Shown here piece after piece: positions 49,684-63,049 of a stretch of DNA of 64,000 nucleotides. Below the pieces are notes generated by a model. The model ran no database searches. It was not told where the DNA came from and saw nothing but the letters and a program-made list of their open reading frames with translations. Location of the stretch: assembly GCA_951406725.2 (NCBI GenBank), contig OX597821.1:58342001-58406000 (forward strand). Direction: 5' to 3'. Both the position numbers and the translations under genes were made by a program. Positions within the stretch are counted from its first letter, which is position 1. The number at the start of each line of letters is the position of its first letter. The stretch is from Octopus vulgaris (taxonomy: Eukaryota).

Positions 49684-50592
49684 TTGAGACGACTGCGCTG
49701 GTATGGTCATGTGTTGCGAATGAATGAGGACAGCTGTGTGAAAAAGTGTCACATCCTAGCAGTTGAGGGAACCTGTGGAAGAGATAGACTCAGGAAAACC
49801 TAGGGTGAGGTGGTGAAGCACGACCTTCGAACATTGGGCCTTACTGAGGCAATGACTAGTGACCGAGACCTTTGGAGATATGCTGTGCTTGAGAAGACCC
49901 GACAAGCCAAGTAAGACCATAGCCCATGGCCTATGCCAGTTGGTGTAACTAGCCCACTTATGAATACCCCTCATTCATTGGACACTTATGCCAGTGGAAC
50001 GTTAAAAGCACATCTGAACGTGGGGTGTAACCAGCCCACTTATGAGTACCCCTCATTCATCGGACAATGAACTTTGCTTGTGAAGACCTATTGAGGCATG
50101 TGTAAACAAATCAAAATTACTGACGTGGCTGATGACAGTACTGCCTCATTGGCACTCGTGCCAGTTGAACATTAAAAGCACATCCAAGTGTGATTGTTGC
50201 CAGGGCCAAGGATTGGCTCCCATGCTGGTGACATGTGAAAGCACCATTTGAGTGTGATCATTGCCAGCATTGCCTTATCGGCACATGAAAAACAACATTC
50301 GAGCGTGGTCATTGCCAGTGCTGCCAGACTGGCTCTCATGTAGGTAGCACGTAAAAAGCACCAACTGATCATGGTCATTGCCAGCCTCCTCTAGCCCTTG
50401 TGCCAGTGGCACGTAAAAAGCACCCACTTCACACTTGGAATGGTTGGTGTTAGGAAGGGCATCGAGCTGTAGAAACTTTGCCAGATCAGATTGGAGCCTG
50501 GTGCAGCCTCCTGGCTCACCAGTCCTCAGTCAAACCGTCCAACCCATGGCAGCATGGAAAGCAGATGTTAAACAATGATGATGATGATGATG
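49684..50592 (+). mobile_element. 5'-truncated RTE LINE with a long, internally repetitive 3'UTR
   Basis: RRLRWYGHVLRMNEDSCVKKC...DRDLWRYAVLEKTRQAK*, then repeated ggcac.taaaagcacc motifs and (GAT)n. Confidence 0.88.
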
Positions 50593-50594
50593 AT

Positions 50595-50730
50595 ATATAA
50601 TTGAAATTTACAGAAAAACAAAAGATGAAGACAGGTGTATAAACAACAAGCAGGTGTATTAGTTTGACGCTCAGAAAAGTGAGAAACTCTTTTACGTTTC
50701 AAGCCTACGCTCTTCAACAGAAAGGAACCA
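50595..50730 (-). mobile_element. Second copy of the CUGUUGA-hammerhead Penelope-like fragment (motif 50689-50724)
   Basis: Minus: cttt-CTGTTGA-a-gagc-gtag-gctt-GAAA-cg-TA-aaag; flanked by TA repeats. Confidence 0.6.
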
Positions 50731-51362
50731 TATATATAAATATGTATGTATGTATATATATATACACATATATATATATATATACATACATATATATATA
50801 TATAAAACAACAGGCTTCCATGCAGTTTGTCTACCAAATTAACTCACAAACCATTCGTTGGTCCAGGGGTATAATAGAAAACACTTGTCCAAGGTGTCAT
50901 GCAGTGGGACTGAACCTAAAACCACAGGGATTACAATGTGTGCTTCTTAACCACACACCCATGCCTGTACTTATAGCATACTAATTTGATTTCTCAAACT
51001 TTTACTGGTATTAGTTTGTTTAGCAACCATGGAAATTCCTATTGACATTGTGCTATGACCAGCATAGTTGTCTTACAATGACATTTTAATGTCTTGTTGC
51101 TGTTAAATTGGGATATTGTGATTGTAACAGAAATTATATTCCACAACACATAAAAACAGGACAGGCTCACACACAGACAAGAACAAGCACACACACACAG
51201 GCACAGACAAGAACAAGCACGTACACACAGACAGAGGAACAAGCACACATGCAAGTACAACCCACTAGCTTTCTTCTCCTCCCATTTTGTCAACAAAAAA
51301 AACCAAAACAATTCACCACCTTGGGCTGAAAAGTTAGTGGGTGGGGGCGCTGAGAAACCTCC

Positions 51363-52240
51363 CTAATGGCTATTGAGACACACCAGCATGCTTGCAGCGT
51401 TGCCACAAGTGATGGTGAGGCTGATGTGCTGGAACAGCCAAGTGCCCTCATGAGCCTCACCAGTTACCTCTGCAAGGCGAGTTGCCAGTGAAGACAGGAA
51501 TCCCACAGTAAATGGTCCAACCCAACCAAACGTCTCCAACACCACAGGATGGAAAATGTAGTTGGCCGACAGATTGCGGTATTTCAGTATTTTGTTCCAC
51601 TCAGCCACAGAAGCTCTGGATCTCGCCCTGACCGCAGCATCCAGGATGCGAGAAGAAGCAAAGGAGTTGTTAACTGTGACATCCCAGACAAAGCATCTAC
51701 CTTGCAACCAGGGGCACAGGGTGAGGCCATCAGGTCTCTTCCCATCACATCTGGATCCAGATGGTGGGGATATTTGCCTGGGCCAAGCTCTTCTTGAGTA
51801 TCAGTTTCAACTCCGTATGACACACGAAGCAACCAGCATTCATGCGGAAAGAAAGGCCATGGAGGCCTGTGGAGTCAAGGAGCCTGTCACAATGACATAT
51901 CAAACTCGTGCATACGTCAGCTCCCAATCTGAGGGCAATGGAGACACGAAGTTCGTCCAAGCTGAGCAGGCCACCAACATTAGCCACAGGGATGGCATCA
52001 ATCCAGTCACCTGAGTATCTGGCGCTAGCAGACAGTAAGCAGCACCTTGAAAACTGGTCCAACTGGATAAAGAGGGAGTCGTAGGTGGCCTTCGAAATTA
52101 TGTTGTCCCAAGCTCTCTGACTCTGACAGTCCACCTTTTCAGGAGCAGATAAGCCCAATTCCCTTCAGTGTTAGAAAGCTTCATCCAACTCCCTGTTGGA
52201 ACTGGTACATTTTGGAGAGGAGAGGATGTTGCTCACCAGG
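51363..52240 (-). mobile_element. CRE-like non-LTR retrotransposon remnant (zinc-knuckle and restriction-like endonuclease domain), frameshifted
   Basis: SGDWIDAIP...ELRVSIALRLG...C.C...D..GLH, then after a frameshift near 51750 DGKRPDGLTL.PW..GR..VWDVTV...AE..K..KY...F.PVVLETFG..G...Q.ISL.I..GNAAS. This is the PD-(D/E)xK RLE of CRE-clade elements. Confidence 0.85.
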
Positions 52241-52989
52241 GAGAAGCAGGCGTAGGTGGAGGAAAGGAAACAGGGGAGAGAGACGGACGAACATCGTTTG
52301 GGCAATGCAACTGTGAAGGCAACAAAAATATACAATGGCATGATCGCACACATGAGCATGAAGTGGTCAAGCATTTAAAAAGATTAAGATATGCTTTGTA
52401 ACTGTGTATATATTTCGTGGATATATGCTTCAGTTGCTGTAATCTGCGGCGATCGAACAGTGCACGAAATTTTCCTTCATTTATTTCAAATCATTATGGT
52501 GAAACCATAATTGATATCATGTATTTGCGAGAGTGAATGGAAAGTTAAAGACAAAGTTTCCGTAACTCCAGTTTGAATGAATAAATTATTTTATCTCTAA
52601 AAAAAATATTTAAAGAAAAGGAAAGAAAAAGAAAACAGTAAAAAGAGAATTATATTATTCATGATTCACATATTTCAGTTCGAAAATTATTTATTCCACG
52701 ATGGAGCCTCTATTATGGTCGTTTGACCTGCTAGAAATCGTAACCAAAAATCTATAGTATAACACAAAAATGTGTTACAAAAAGAAAAAAAACGAAAAGA
52801 TAGAAAGAAAATTATAAGCAATCCGATATGATCATAATTTCCTACTTTAAACAAGAATAACACAAAAAAGTATGAATTCAACCAAAAAATATCCTCAATG
52901 ACAAATAATCCGGCCTCAGTAGAGGGTGAATGAAGAGAAAGACCTCTTACATATCCTCAAAAAAAAAATGAGTACCAGTTAAAGTTTGA

Positions 52990-53400
52990 GAAAATCGAAA
53001 GTGACACGGGATTTTCAAGGGTCGATATCCTGGTAAGAATGAGGGGGGTCTAGTGGAGGTAGATATAGTGTGAATGAGAAAATGTCGGGTGGGCTTGGAT
53101 CGAAATGGCAGAACCAGGCAGCTTCGATAAGCAGAGATTACAAGGGACAGCACGTGAATGGATCCGGGCTGGAGTATGTTAGCAAGCGACTTCATATGGA
53201 TTAGTCAAATTCCTTTTCTGTGGATGCAGTCGAAGCGCCGTCCTAAACGTGGGAACAATATTCCATTGTACGTTTCACACTAGCGAATTAATGGGATGTG
53301 AACTATTTTCCAGGCCCTAATGAGGAAGACCAGTCTTTAGGATGCAGTGATTGCTGTTGAAGACATGAGGTAGCAAGAGAGACCGTCAGTAATTGAGATC
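52990..53400 (-). mobile_element. Degenerate CR1/Jockey-group LINE fragment
   Basis: The minus strand contains MEYCSHV*DGA, resembling the RP.MEYCSHVW.GA post-RT motif. Confidence 0.4.
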
Positions 53401-53838
53401 TGGTATTACTAGGGACTTTTGAAGGTTTTTAGATGCGTGTCAACTACAACTGATGTATTTTGTTTTATACCTTATAAGTATCAATATAAGACAGTAAAGA
53501 AAAACAGTGAAAAGGTGATTTTTTTCTTCTGTCTTCAGCTGTTACTTTTAAAAATCTTAATAGTTAATTCATTCCTAATAGCGTATTTTATTTTTCATGG
53601 AACAGGTTTAGCGTCGCAAATTGAGGGTTAGTTTCTCCTATAAGGGCAGATAACTAAAGACAAACAAAGTTTAGAATCCCAGGAGAGGACAGCAATACTC
53701 CGAAAATTTCGATTAAATATTTAATATGTGTTATTATATTTCTTATAATTTAAAATAAAGTATTTTTATGTCTTTTAAAGAAATGTTTCAATTGAAATAT
53801 TAAAAAAAAATGTTATTTCATATATTGATATTGGACAC

Positions 53839-53873
53839 TTCCCATCATGCATCACACACGGGACCGCCATTTT
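53839..53873 (+). promoter_or_regulatory. ALYREF proximal promoter motifs: ZNF143/Staf-like site and YY1-like site
   Basis: ttcccatcatgcatcac (53839-53855) fits the SBS consensus YYCCCANNATGCAYYRC. ccgccatttt (53864-53873) fits the YY1 CCGCCATNTT. Both lie 80-115 bp upstream of the ATG. Confidence 0.6.
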
Positions 53874-53952
53874 TATTTTGCACGTTGATGTTTTGTGTCG
53901 ACTAACAACGACCAAACGCCATAGAAAGGGAAAAGGTAGGAATCGTTAAAGG

Positions 53953-54204
53953 ATGGCTGCCATGGATAAATTAGACATGAGTCTCGACGATATTATTAAA
54001 TTAGATAAGAAGAAAGGCGGCAGTGGTGGAGCAGGTGGAATTAAACGTGGCGGAGTCCGCGGTGGACGCGTTACCCGATCACGGGGCGCACTCGGCGGCC
54101 GCGGTCGGCCAAGTCGTGGAGGTAGCTTTGGATTCAATTTCAGAAGCCGGGGAGGAGGCATTCAAAGACGAAGAAGTTCGAACAGACCGGCGCCTTATAT
54201 GCGA
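53953..54204 (+). CDS. ALYREF: THO complex subunit 4 / Aly-REF mRNA export adaptor, coding exon 1
   Basis: MAAMDKLDMSLDDIIKL (N-terminal UAP56-binding REF-N motif), an RGG-rich region, and NRPAPYMR|gtaaga. The phase-0 intron is at the position I recall for vertebrate ALYREF (NRPAPYSR|PKQLP). Downstream exons (WQHD, RRM) were not seen in the window. Confidence 0.93.
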
Positions 54205-56769
54205 GTAAGAAACCATTTCCTTTTTAATTTATATTAACTATTTTCAAAGCTATTCAGATTTTTAAAATGCTTTAAATGGTTTTTTGATACGTGTGTACTG
54301 GCTCTTACTTTTTAAACACGGCGCTCAACTGTTACTTGTATGATCACACCTTGATGTATATTCACCCCAATTGATCGGTGATGCTTTTTTTTTCAAGTGT
54401 ATATACAATTGCAGTACAATTAAGCGATAAATAACAGCCAAGATGTAATAGATATAAAACTGTTTTGACCCATTATGTGGTTTAAGGCTTTTCTTTCCCT
54501 ACATGTAACGGATCTATTTGTTAACCGGGTACATTCAACGATAATATGGAAAGTTAGGTCTCTTTTTCTAAGTGCAAAATCATATTATCTTGTACCATCT
54601 ATTTGTCTCTAGTGGGATGGTGTCTCAGTTTAATTTATACCAGGTTCCATTTTATTGACTCAGTTTTACGAATCACCTACTTTTTAAATGAATATTTAAT
54701 CATTATTATTTTTGTAATTTGTTTCTTAATCATTGAACTAGTTTGTTTCTGCTATTTTCATCTTAATTCCTTCTTATAGATATTTCGCCTTGAGCGGTTT
54801 AAATAATAAAATCTAGAGCGACTAAGTGTAGCTTGACACAAGGTTTCCTATCTTTTAAATAAATCCCTTTGTTTCCCGTGTAAATCTTTATCTTCTGCAC
54901 AACATTCATCTTGTGGTGGCTGGTTTTAAATGCATTTAATTCACTTCCTTTAATATTTCTCGATTTTCTGAAGATTCGTCCCAACCATAATCATATGTAA
55001 TTCTAAACAGAAAAAAATCTCGTTGAAAATCCCACCTTTTTTTTTTTTTTTTCGGCATCAAAAACCATTATATAAGAAACCAACTATTAATCCGGATATA
55101 TTTTCCTAATTTACAATGGATGATCCAAAAATAGCCGATCTCTTCAGGATTTGAACTCCGTAACAAACACCAAAATGACAGTTTCAACGGCCTCTCCATG
55201 ATATTAGTTCATGCTGATGGTGACATAAGCGTTTTAGTTTGTCTTTGACTTACTTTTTTAAAATTTACAAAGATCAGAGCTAATTTGTTCCGTAGTACAT
55301 AAAGAACAAGTTTGTCCCAAACTTTAAGATAGAGATAACAGCTAAATAGGAAGAGGATTTGTGAAGAAAAATCGATGTGGCATGGCGGGAAGTGTTTGCC
55401 GGATGCTGTTACCAGAGCGTCGAATATTATTTATTGATAGATTATAAAGAACACACAGCTGTTTGGCAGTTACATCTAAAATACCTTTAAAATAATTATT
55501 ATGGATGAGGGACGAACTAAAGAAAGGCTTTACTAATTAATTTATGCTTATTCATGTCTTTAATTGCTATCAGTTGTCTGAAAATATTCAAGATGTTTAT
55601 TTCTAATGTAATCTTGTGAGGTTAAGTCTTACACGTGTAATCAAATTGGCCAAGTTAGAATTTCAAGACATCATCGTTTATCCTATGGTTGTTTGTCTTG
55701 GAAAAAACTGGTAAACTGCATAGTTGTTCTACTTAGATGGCATGTTGGTTGTAAATTCATCTAGAATTTTTTTTTCTTTTTAAAATAATGCAAATGGCTG
55801 TTTAAAAACAAATAATTGATCTAAGAGTAATTAAAGTTAGCCTAAAATAAAAGATGCATTTTCATTCACATGGTTTGTTTATTAAAAATGAGTGGACAGT
55901 TTATGTATATTTATGTAGGACTTCAGCTAATATGTATGTGAGTACGTGATATCTGCATATATTTCATAGTAAATGATGTGTTAGCATTTTTAATGACACA
56001 AATGAAACTTCCTTGTTGGCATTGATAGAAATTTTAACTTGATTGTTATGACTAATTTAAATCAATCGAAAGGAGTATACAGCTAATAAAGTATTCCTGG
56101 ATCTAATTAAAAAATTTTACCCAAGGCCAGCAGTTTTTTAGGAGAAGGTGGTTAGTCGATTACATCGATTCCAGTGCATGTACTTTATTGATCCTGAAAA
56201 GATGAAAGGCAAAGTGAGCCTCAGTATAGTTTGAACTCATAACATAATTAGAAGAAATGCCAGTAAGCATTTTGTCCCGTGTGCTAAGAACTTTGCCAGC
56301 TCATTACCCTTTTCTTGGATCTAATAAACCTTTCTACCTTAGACGCAAGTCTTGGGTTTTGTGGGGCAGTCGATCACATCGACCCCAGTGTTTCACTGGT
56401 TCTTAATTTATTGACCCTGAAAGGATGAACAGCAAAGTCAACCTCAGTGGAATTTGAACTCTGAACGTAAAGACAGGCAAAATACCACTAAGCATTTTAC
56501 CCAGCATGCTAACAATTCTGCCAGCTCACTGCCTTAATTTCTTGGATCTAATAATGATGTTTAAAAGTTTGAACTACTTTTTAGAAAGCGGGTGGAGACA
56601 ATGTCAGCTGTATTGGTGGTGTTTCTCAGAAAGTTTTGTAATATTATTAAGCAAAAGAACTGCCAAGTGGAAGTATGTCATGAAAAGGAAATTCTGATTT
56701 AATTAACTTGTTGGGGAATCCTTTTAAATATTGCATAGAAGGTAGCTTTCATATGTGTATGTCTTCCTA

Positions 56770-57130
56770 TGTGGAGGTGCAATGGTCCAGTGTTTGGTGC
56801 AGCAGACTCGCGGTTTCGATTCCCAGAACGGGTGTTGTGAGAGTTTATTGAGCAAAAATACCTAAAGCTCCACGTGACTCCGGTAGGGGGTTGTAGCGAA
56901 CCCTGCTGTACTCTTTCACCACAACTTTCTCTCACTCTTCTTCCTGTTTCTGTTGTACCTGTATTTCAAAGGGCCAGCCTTGTCATGCTGAATCGCCCCC
57001 AAGAACTACGTTATGAGTACGTGTCTGTGGAGTGCTCAGCCACATGCACATGAATTTCACAAGCTGGCTGTTCCATTGATCTGGTCAACTGGAACCCTCG
57101 TCATAACCAACGGAGTGCCATGACAACAAT
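56770..57130 (+). mobile_element. tRNA-derived SINE sharing head/body with family C but with a different 3' half
   Basis: ggaggtgcaatgg...gactcgcgg...acctaaagctccacg...ctctttcaccacaactttctc matches 22870-23160, then diverges. Confidence 0.7.
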
Positions 57131-60100
57131 GGCTTCCAATATATGTGTACATGTTTTCCCTGTAAGAATAGTATCGTACTTTTACCCTCCTTAGACTTCC
57201 CTGTTACTTAATTTAAACCTCTTTGATACCAACTTGTCAGATACTGCCCTTGATTCTATGATACAAGCTTCATGTTAATATGCATTCCAAATACCAGCTT
57301 AATGATGAGTATTATGTGGAAAAATTCAGGCAGTGTTTAAATACAAAAGGGTTAAGCCATTAGTTGATTAAGTTTCATGCTTTTTACTGACACTTCTAAA
57401 GATGAAAGCAGAAGAAACCATTCTTACCTATTGTGTTAGAGTTGTTTCATATTCACTATGTTATCCAAACTGACTAAAAAGAATGAATTTTACACATCAT
57501 CTAATTATAATTGGCCTTCTTCAGGCCATGTGGCTCTCACACCACTTAGCATTGTAGCACTTGGAAGACCAAGTGCATTTTTGTGCTATGTGGAACTGTG
57601 AATAATGGAAACCTTAGTCCCAAGATATTAATACAAATATTTAATATTTAAGACGTGTTAGGAAGCATATCCAGCCGTAGAAACCATGCCAAAGCAGGCA
57701 CTGGAGCATGATGCAGTCCTTGGACCTGTAGGATCCTGTCAAACCATCCAGCTCATGCTAACATAGTTTTTAAATGATGGTGATATACATAACAGCCAAC
57801 ACTATGTAATAGACAGGTGTTAGATGGATTAGCCAGATGACTAGTTTCCATCGTGTGTAAGGATTTCATCTGTAACTGAGTGCTCTCTTTAACTCTCCTT
57901 GGAAACACTGCTTATTAAATCTATTATTGCTAATGGCTTAAGTAAATCAAACTGATTTTCATATATGATACTTTCTTGGCAGCTAGTTTCATTACTAAAT
58001 TACTGGTGTATTCAGTGTTTTGCTTCCATGCTGTGCTGTAATACAGAATATATCTACAGATTTTTGTTTTTATATACACATACTTGGCATCAGGAAGGAC
58101 ATCCAGCCAAAGAAACCATGCCCGATCTGACTAGAGTCTGGTGCAGTCCCTCAGCTTACCAGCCCTGGTCAAACTGTCCAACCCATGCCAGCATGGACAA
58201 TGGATACTAAATGATGATGAACTGTGGACAGAAAAAGAAGCATTACCTGAACAAGTTTGAATCCTTTTTTGTGATATCATCAGCAACTGGCTATTTGCTC
58301 TCTTTCATTGTGCACTAATTGCAAGTTTCTAAGCAGTATCTCCACTGACAGTTGATCACTGATGAAGTCACCAGCACATGATTGAAACTAGACCAGTTGA
58401 CCTCTCTTTTCCTGTCCACAAAGACATTGCGTATAATGACTGGGTGTTTATAGTTTGGGCCAAAATCTATTGATATATCCTCTAGTATAGTTGCATTGAA
58501 ACTAAACAATTAATATGTTAATGATTAATAGAACTGTCAAGAATGCATTATATATGCAAATTGGTCTATCCATTTTACTGAAGCCCTTAGATCTATCATC
58601 TTCTCCTTACAAAGATACTTTGTATAAAGACTGTTTACACCTGTCTGTTACCATTTTGATAAAAATCTATAGTACTGATCGTCTACACCACCCATCCACC
58701 CCATTTCATAGCATAGTTTGTTCCCTCCCCATCCCTGGGTTCATATTGTCTTGCAAACTGCATGACAGCCTTGCTGGTACTGATGGTACAAAAGAAAAAA
58801 ACCAAAAAAAGCATGCAGTATGTGCAGTAAAGTGGTTGGCATCAGAGAAAAGTATCCGACCATGGAAATTATGTCCAAGCAGATACTGGAACAAGATGCA
58901 GTCTTTGGATTCATCAGATCCTGCCTCACCATCCAACACATGCCAGCACGAAACACAGGTGTTAAATAATGATGATGATCTATAATGCAGTACAGTAAGT
59001 ATATGAGTCAGTGGTGTGTGTGTATGTGTACATATTTATGTACAGGGATGGAATGATTATAAGTTGATATTGTTCTTCCTACATTACAAAAAACTGAGTT
59101 GTGCCTAGTCAAATGGAGAAATTTTTATTTATAGTTAAACTGGTATTTGTATTTGTTGACAATAACCAAAGAGCAAAGTGTTTGGTTTGTTGCTTAGAAT
59201 CAATACTTAAGAGAGAGAGCACAAGTTTACTTTTGTGATTAATTACATTTTAGATTCCATTAGACAGAATCTATTAATAAAGAATTACTAGTGGGAAAAG
59301 AATTTGACTGTATAATTAAAAGTAGTGTTATGATTCAGACTTTTGAAGTCTGAAAATTCAATTTAAATAATAAATTGATGATAAATAATATTACTGACGC
59401 TTACCATCTTGATAGGTTATTACTTTAATTTTTTTTAGTTGGCACATATTGTCATTTTGGTAAAGTTTCTTTTCTTTTTTATTATGACTTTCAAGTTTTT
59501 GGAAGAAATGTGGGCCTTGAATTTGCTAGTAAGATATTCAGCTCTGCTGTTTTGAGGTTAAGATATAAGCTCAGGAACTAAGTCCAATCTTCACAGTTAT
59601 TTCTGCCATTTGCTCTCATTTTTTAAGTTACAGTGTTCATTTCTACATTCATCATCACCATTTAACATCTGTTTTCCGTACTGGCATGGATTGGGTGGCT
59701 CAACAGGAGTGGACTGTACCCAGCTGCAATGTCTGCTTTGGCATTGATTCTACAGTTGGATGCCCCTTCTAGTGTCAATCATTTTACAGAATGTACAAAG
59801 TGCCTATAAAGGCTGGCACCAGTGAGGTGACCAGGTAACTTGCAAGACGAAATCATGCAGATGAGGAGAGGTGTGGTATTGAGGGAAGGGGCTCTGTGCC
59901 TGGAGATAAGAAGTTAATGTAATGATAGGATAGAAAGAGAGATGATAAAAATATGTAAGAGCATACTCGAGAGTTAGAGGAAGGTGAATATAACTGGTTC
60001 ATAGGGATGGGCAGGGTTAGGGTTCACTTTAAATTCTTTGTGCATAATTCTATCATGAGCCAGTCTATTGTCTAAATTGATTGTCATGCCGAATGCATTG

Positions 60101-63049
60101 TTGGTAAATTTGTCATTTTTATTTGCATAGTTAATTTATTGTTTTTCATTAACAATGGAATAGAAATTTGAAGATGGAAAAAATTCCATCCTGCAATCTT
60201 GAATCTTTGAGAAATTTTGGAGAAGGAACACTGAAGGAATAAAATAATAAATAATAATTGAAAGCAGGAACAATGAAGGAATGAAAAGTAGTATATTGCT
60301 GCTGCAGAGATTTCACATCATAAAGTGAAATATAAAATATAGTGCTGCAAGAATTCAATGGGTAATCAATGAATAGCAAAAGCATGACCTACTGGATTAA
60401 GAGGCATTGCTCCATTATTTGTCGTTTTAGAATATTTCTTCTTTCCTCCAATTTATAATTTTGTTATCTTTAAACTGTGTTCCATTTTGTGGCTCAGTTT
60501 TTAGAAATAATTTTGTTTATTCCTGCATCAATGAAGTAAATTTGATATTTCTCTCTCTCTCTCTTCAAATTGCCTTTTCATTGTTAATGAAATCCAACAT
60601 ATTTACTACGTGAATACAAACTCTGTTTACTAAAGTGCAGTATTTGGTGACATTCACAGACATTAAATGCACCCCAATCTCAGCAGCACATTGTCAGGAA
60701 GAAAAGATTTTAGTACATTAAAGTTTGTGTGGAAGGCCCAACTTAGCATGATAGGACCCAGGGTGGTTTTCTAGAGGATAATATTGCATCTTACATGCCA
60801 TCAAATAAGGTATTTACTCTGTGAATAAACTGCTTGATGAATTTATTAATGTATTGACATTTACCATCAATGAATTGGCTTGCAGTTATCTTGTAGTGGA
60901 ATTACAGGTGGTGTTTACCGTGGTGAATTTAAGTGAGAAAATATATTGAAAGATTTGTTGGTGTGTGATGCTGAAGTAGATATCATCATCATCCATTTTT
61001 CCATGCTTGCATGGATCAGACGGAATTGTTGAGACAGGTTTCCTATGCCTGTATGACCTTCCTGTTACCAACCCTTGCCTGTACCTGTTTCCTAGCAAGT
61101 TAATATTTCCTATGACCAGATCAGTTTTTCATGGAAGTCTGAATACAAACAACATCACTTGTATGATGGTGACTGACAACCATTGCATAAGACATGGCTC
61201 CACACACACACATGCATGCATGTACACACATGTTCGATGGGTTTCTTTCATTTTTGTCTGCCAAATCTATTCACAAGACTTTGATTGGCTTAAGCTTGTT
61301 GTAGAAGATACTTAACCCAAGGTGCCATGCTGTGGGACTGAACCCAAGACCATGTGGTTTAGAAGCTTCTTAACCACACTAATGAACTTTTAAAAATCTA
61401 AAATCCTAGTTTAATTGTAGAAACATTGCGTTTATGAAAAGAAATTCATTTAATTGTTGTTAATTAAGTATACATTAACTTTAGAAAGTTATGTGTATCA
61501 GATTTAAGTTTAAAGTCAAATCTGATGGACATTTAAAGAAAAAATAAATCGAAGAAAAATATTTGAAATTTGGCAAGAAAGAAATGTACTTTTATATATG
61601 ATTTTCATATTTTGCACCTGGGTTGAAAAATTCATCATCTTTTACAGGGAGGCAGATCAAATCCCTGGTTCAACAATACTAGATTGGTGAGAAAAACTAG
61701 TTTTTTTAGTCATTTCATTTGATTTTGTTTCCTTGTTTGTGATGTCTTTGGTTTCTGTGGCATTGTTCTTTGAGGCTGTTATTTATCCCCTCAATTCGCA
61801 ACCAATGCTTAGGTCTATGTTTCATGAGCTCATAGAAACAGTTGACATTTCTTAATGTTTTCATTCTTTGACAGTTTTTTTTCCTTTTATCTTTTACTTG
61901 TTTCAGTCATTAGACTGCAGCCATGTTAGGGCACCACCTTGAAGACTTTTAGTCGAACAAATTGACCCCTGGACTTATTTTTTTTAAGCCTAGTACTTAT
62001 TCTATCGGTCTCTTTTGCCGAACTGTTAAGTTACGGGGACGTAAACACACCAACAATGGTTATCAAGTGGTGGTGGGAGAAAACACAGACATACACACAC
62101 ACACATATACATGTACATATATGGTAGGTTTCTTTCAGTCTACAAAATCCACTCACAAGGTTTTGGTTGACCTGAGGCTAGAGAAGACTTGTCCAAGGTG
62201 CCATGCAGTGGAGCTGAACACGGAGCCATGTGGTTGAGAAACAAACTTCTTACCATAAGCTACGCCTGTGCCTTCATTTCTGTATATGAAATTGTTAACG
62301 TGTATTACGCATTGGGAGAAATGTTTTATCTAATAGTTTATCATCTATCTGAAATTTAGATTTGTTTGCTTTTTAAGTAGTTCAAGTTGATGTTGACTAA
62401 AATGATTATGTATGAGACTGTTTTTACATTGTTTAACATCCACTTTTCCATGCTTTACATGGATCAGACAGAATTTGTTGAAGCAGATTTTTCTACAGCC
62501 ACACACCCTTCCTATTTCCAAGCTAGTTGATATTTCCCCATCGCTAGAGGGGTTTTATTTTATGGAAAACTGGAAGTAGACAACATCATTTGTATGATGA
62601 TGATCATCATCATTTGCAACCATCATATGATGTCAAGACAAGGTGACACAAATATGCACATACACATACACACACTCATAAGGTTTCTTTCATTTTTCTG
62701 CCACTTACATGGCTTTGGTCATCCCTGGGCTGTAGCAGAAGACACTTGCCTAAGGTGCCGCACTGTGGAACTGAACCCAAGACTACATGGCTGGGAAGCA
62801 AACTTCTAATAAATTTTTAAAAATCTAAAACCCATAATGGCTAAATGTATTTATAGAAACATTTCCTATATGAAAAGAAATTCACTTAAGAAAGGCACAT
62901 AAGAACACACACACATACATGTACACATATACTATGAAAAAGTTAGGCAGTCTGAGAGGTGGATATGTTTATTTAGCCATTTGTTATTCTTAGGATTCAC
63001 AGCCTTCATCATGTAATGATAATTTCAGTGTATAATTATTTTATGTCCT

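Noticed and set aside
54205-54237. C-terminal VRNHFLFNLY of the 94-aa ALYREF ORF
   Set aside because: Intron read-through past the gtaaga donor at 54205.
57213-57355. piggyBac-like MITE with TTAA ends
   Set aside because: The TIRs are too degenerate to call with confidence.
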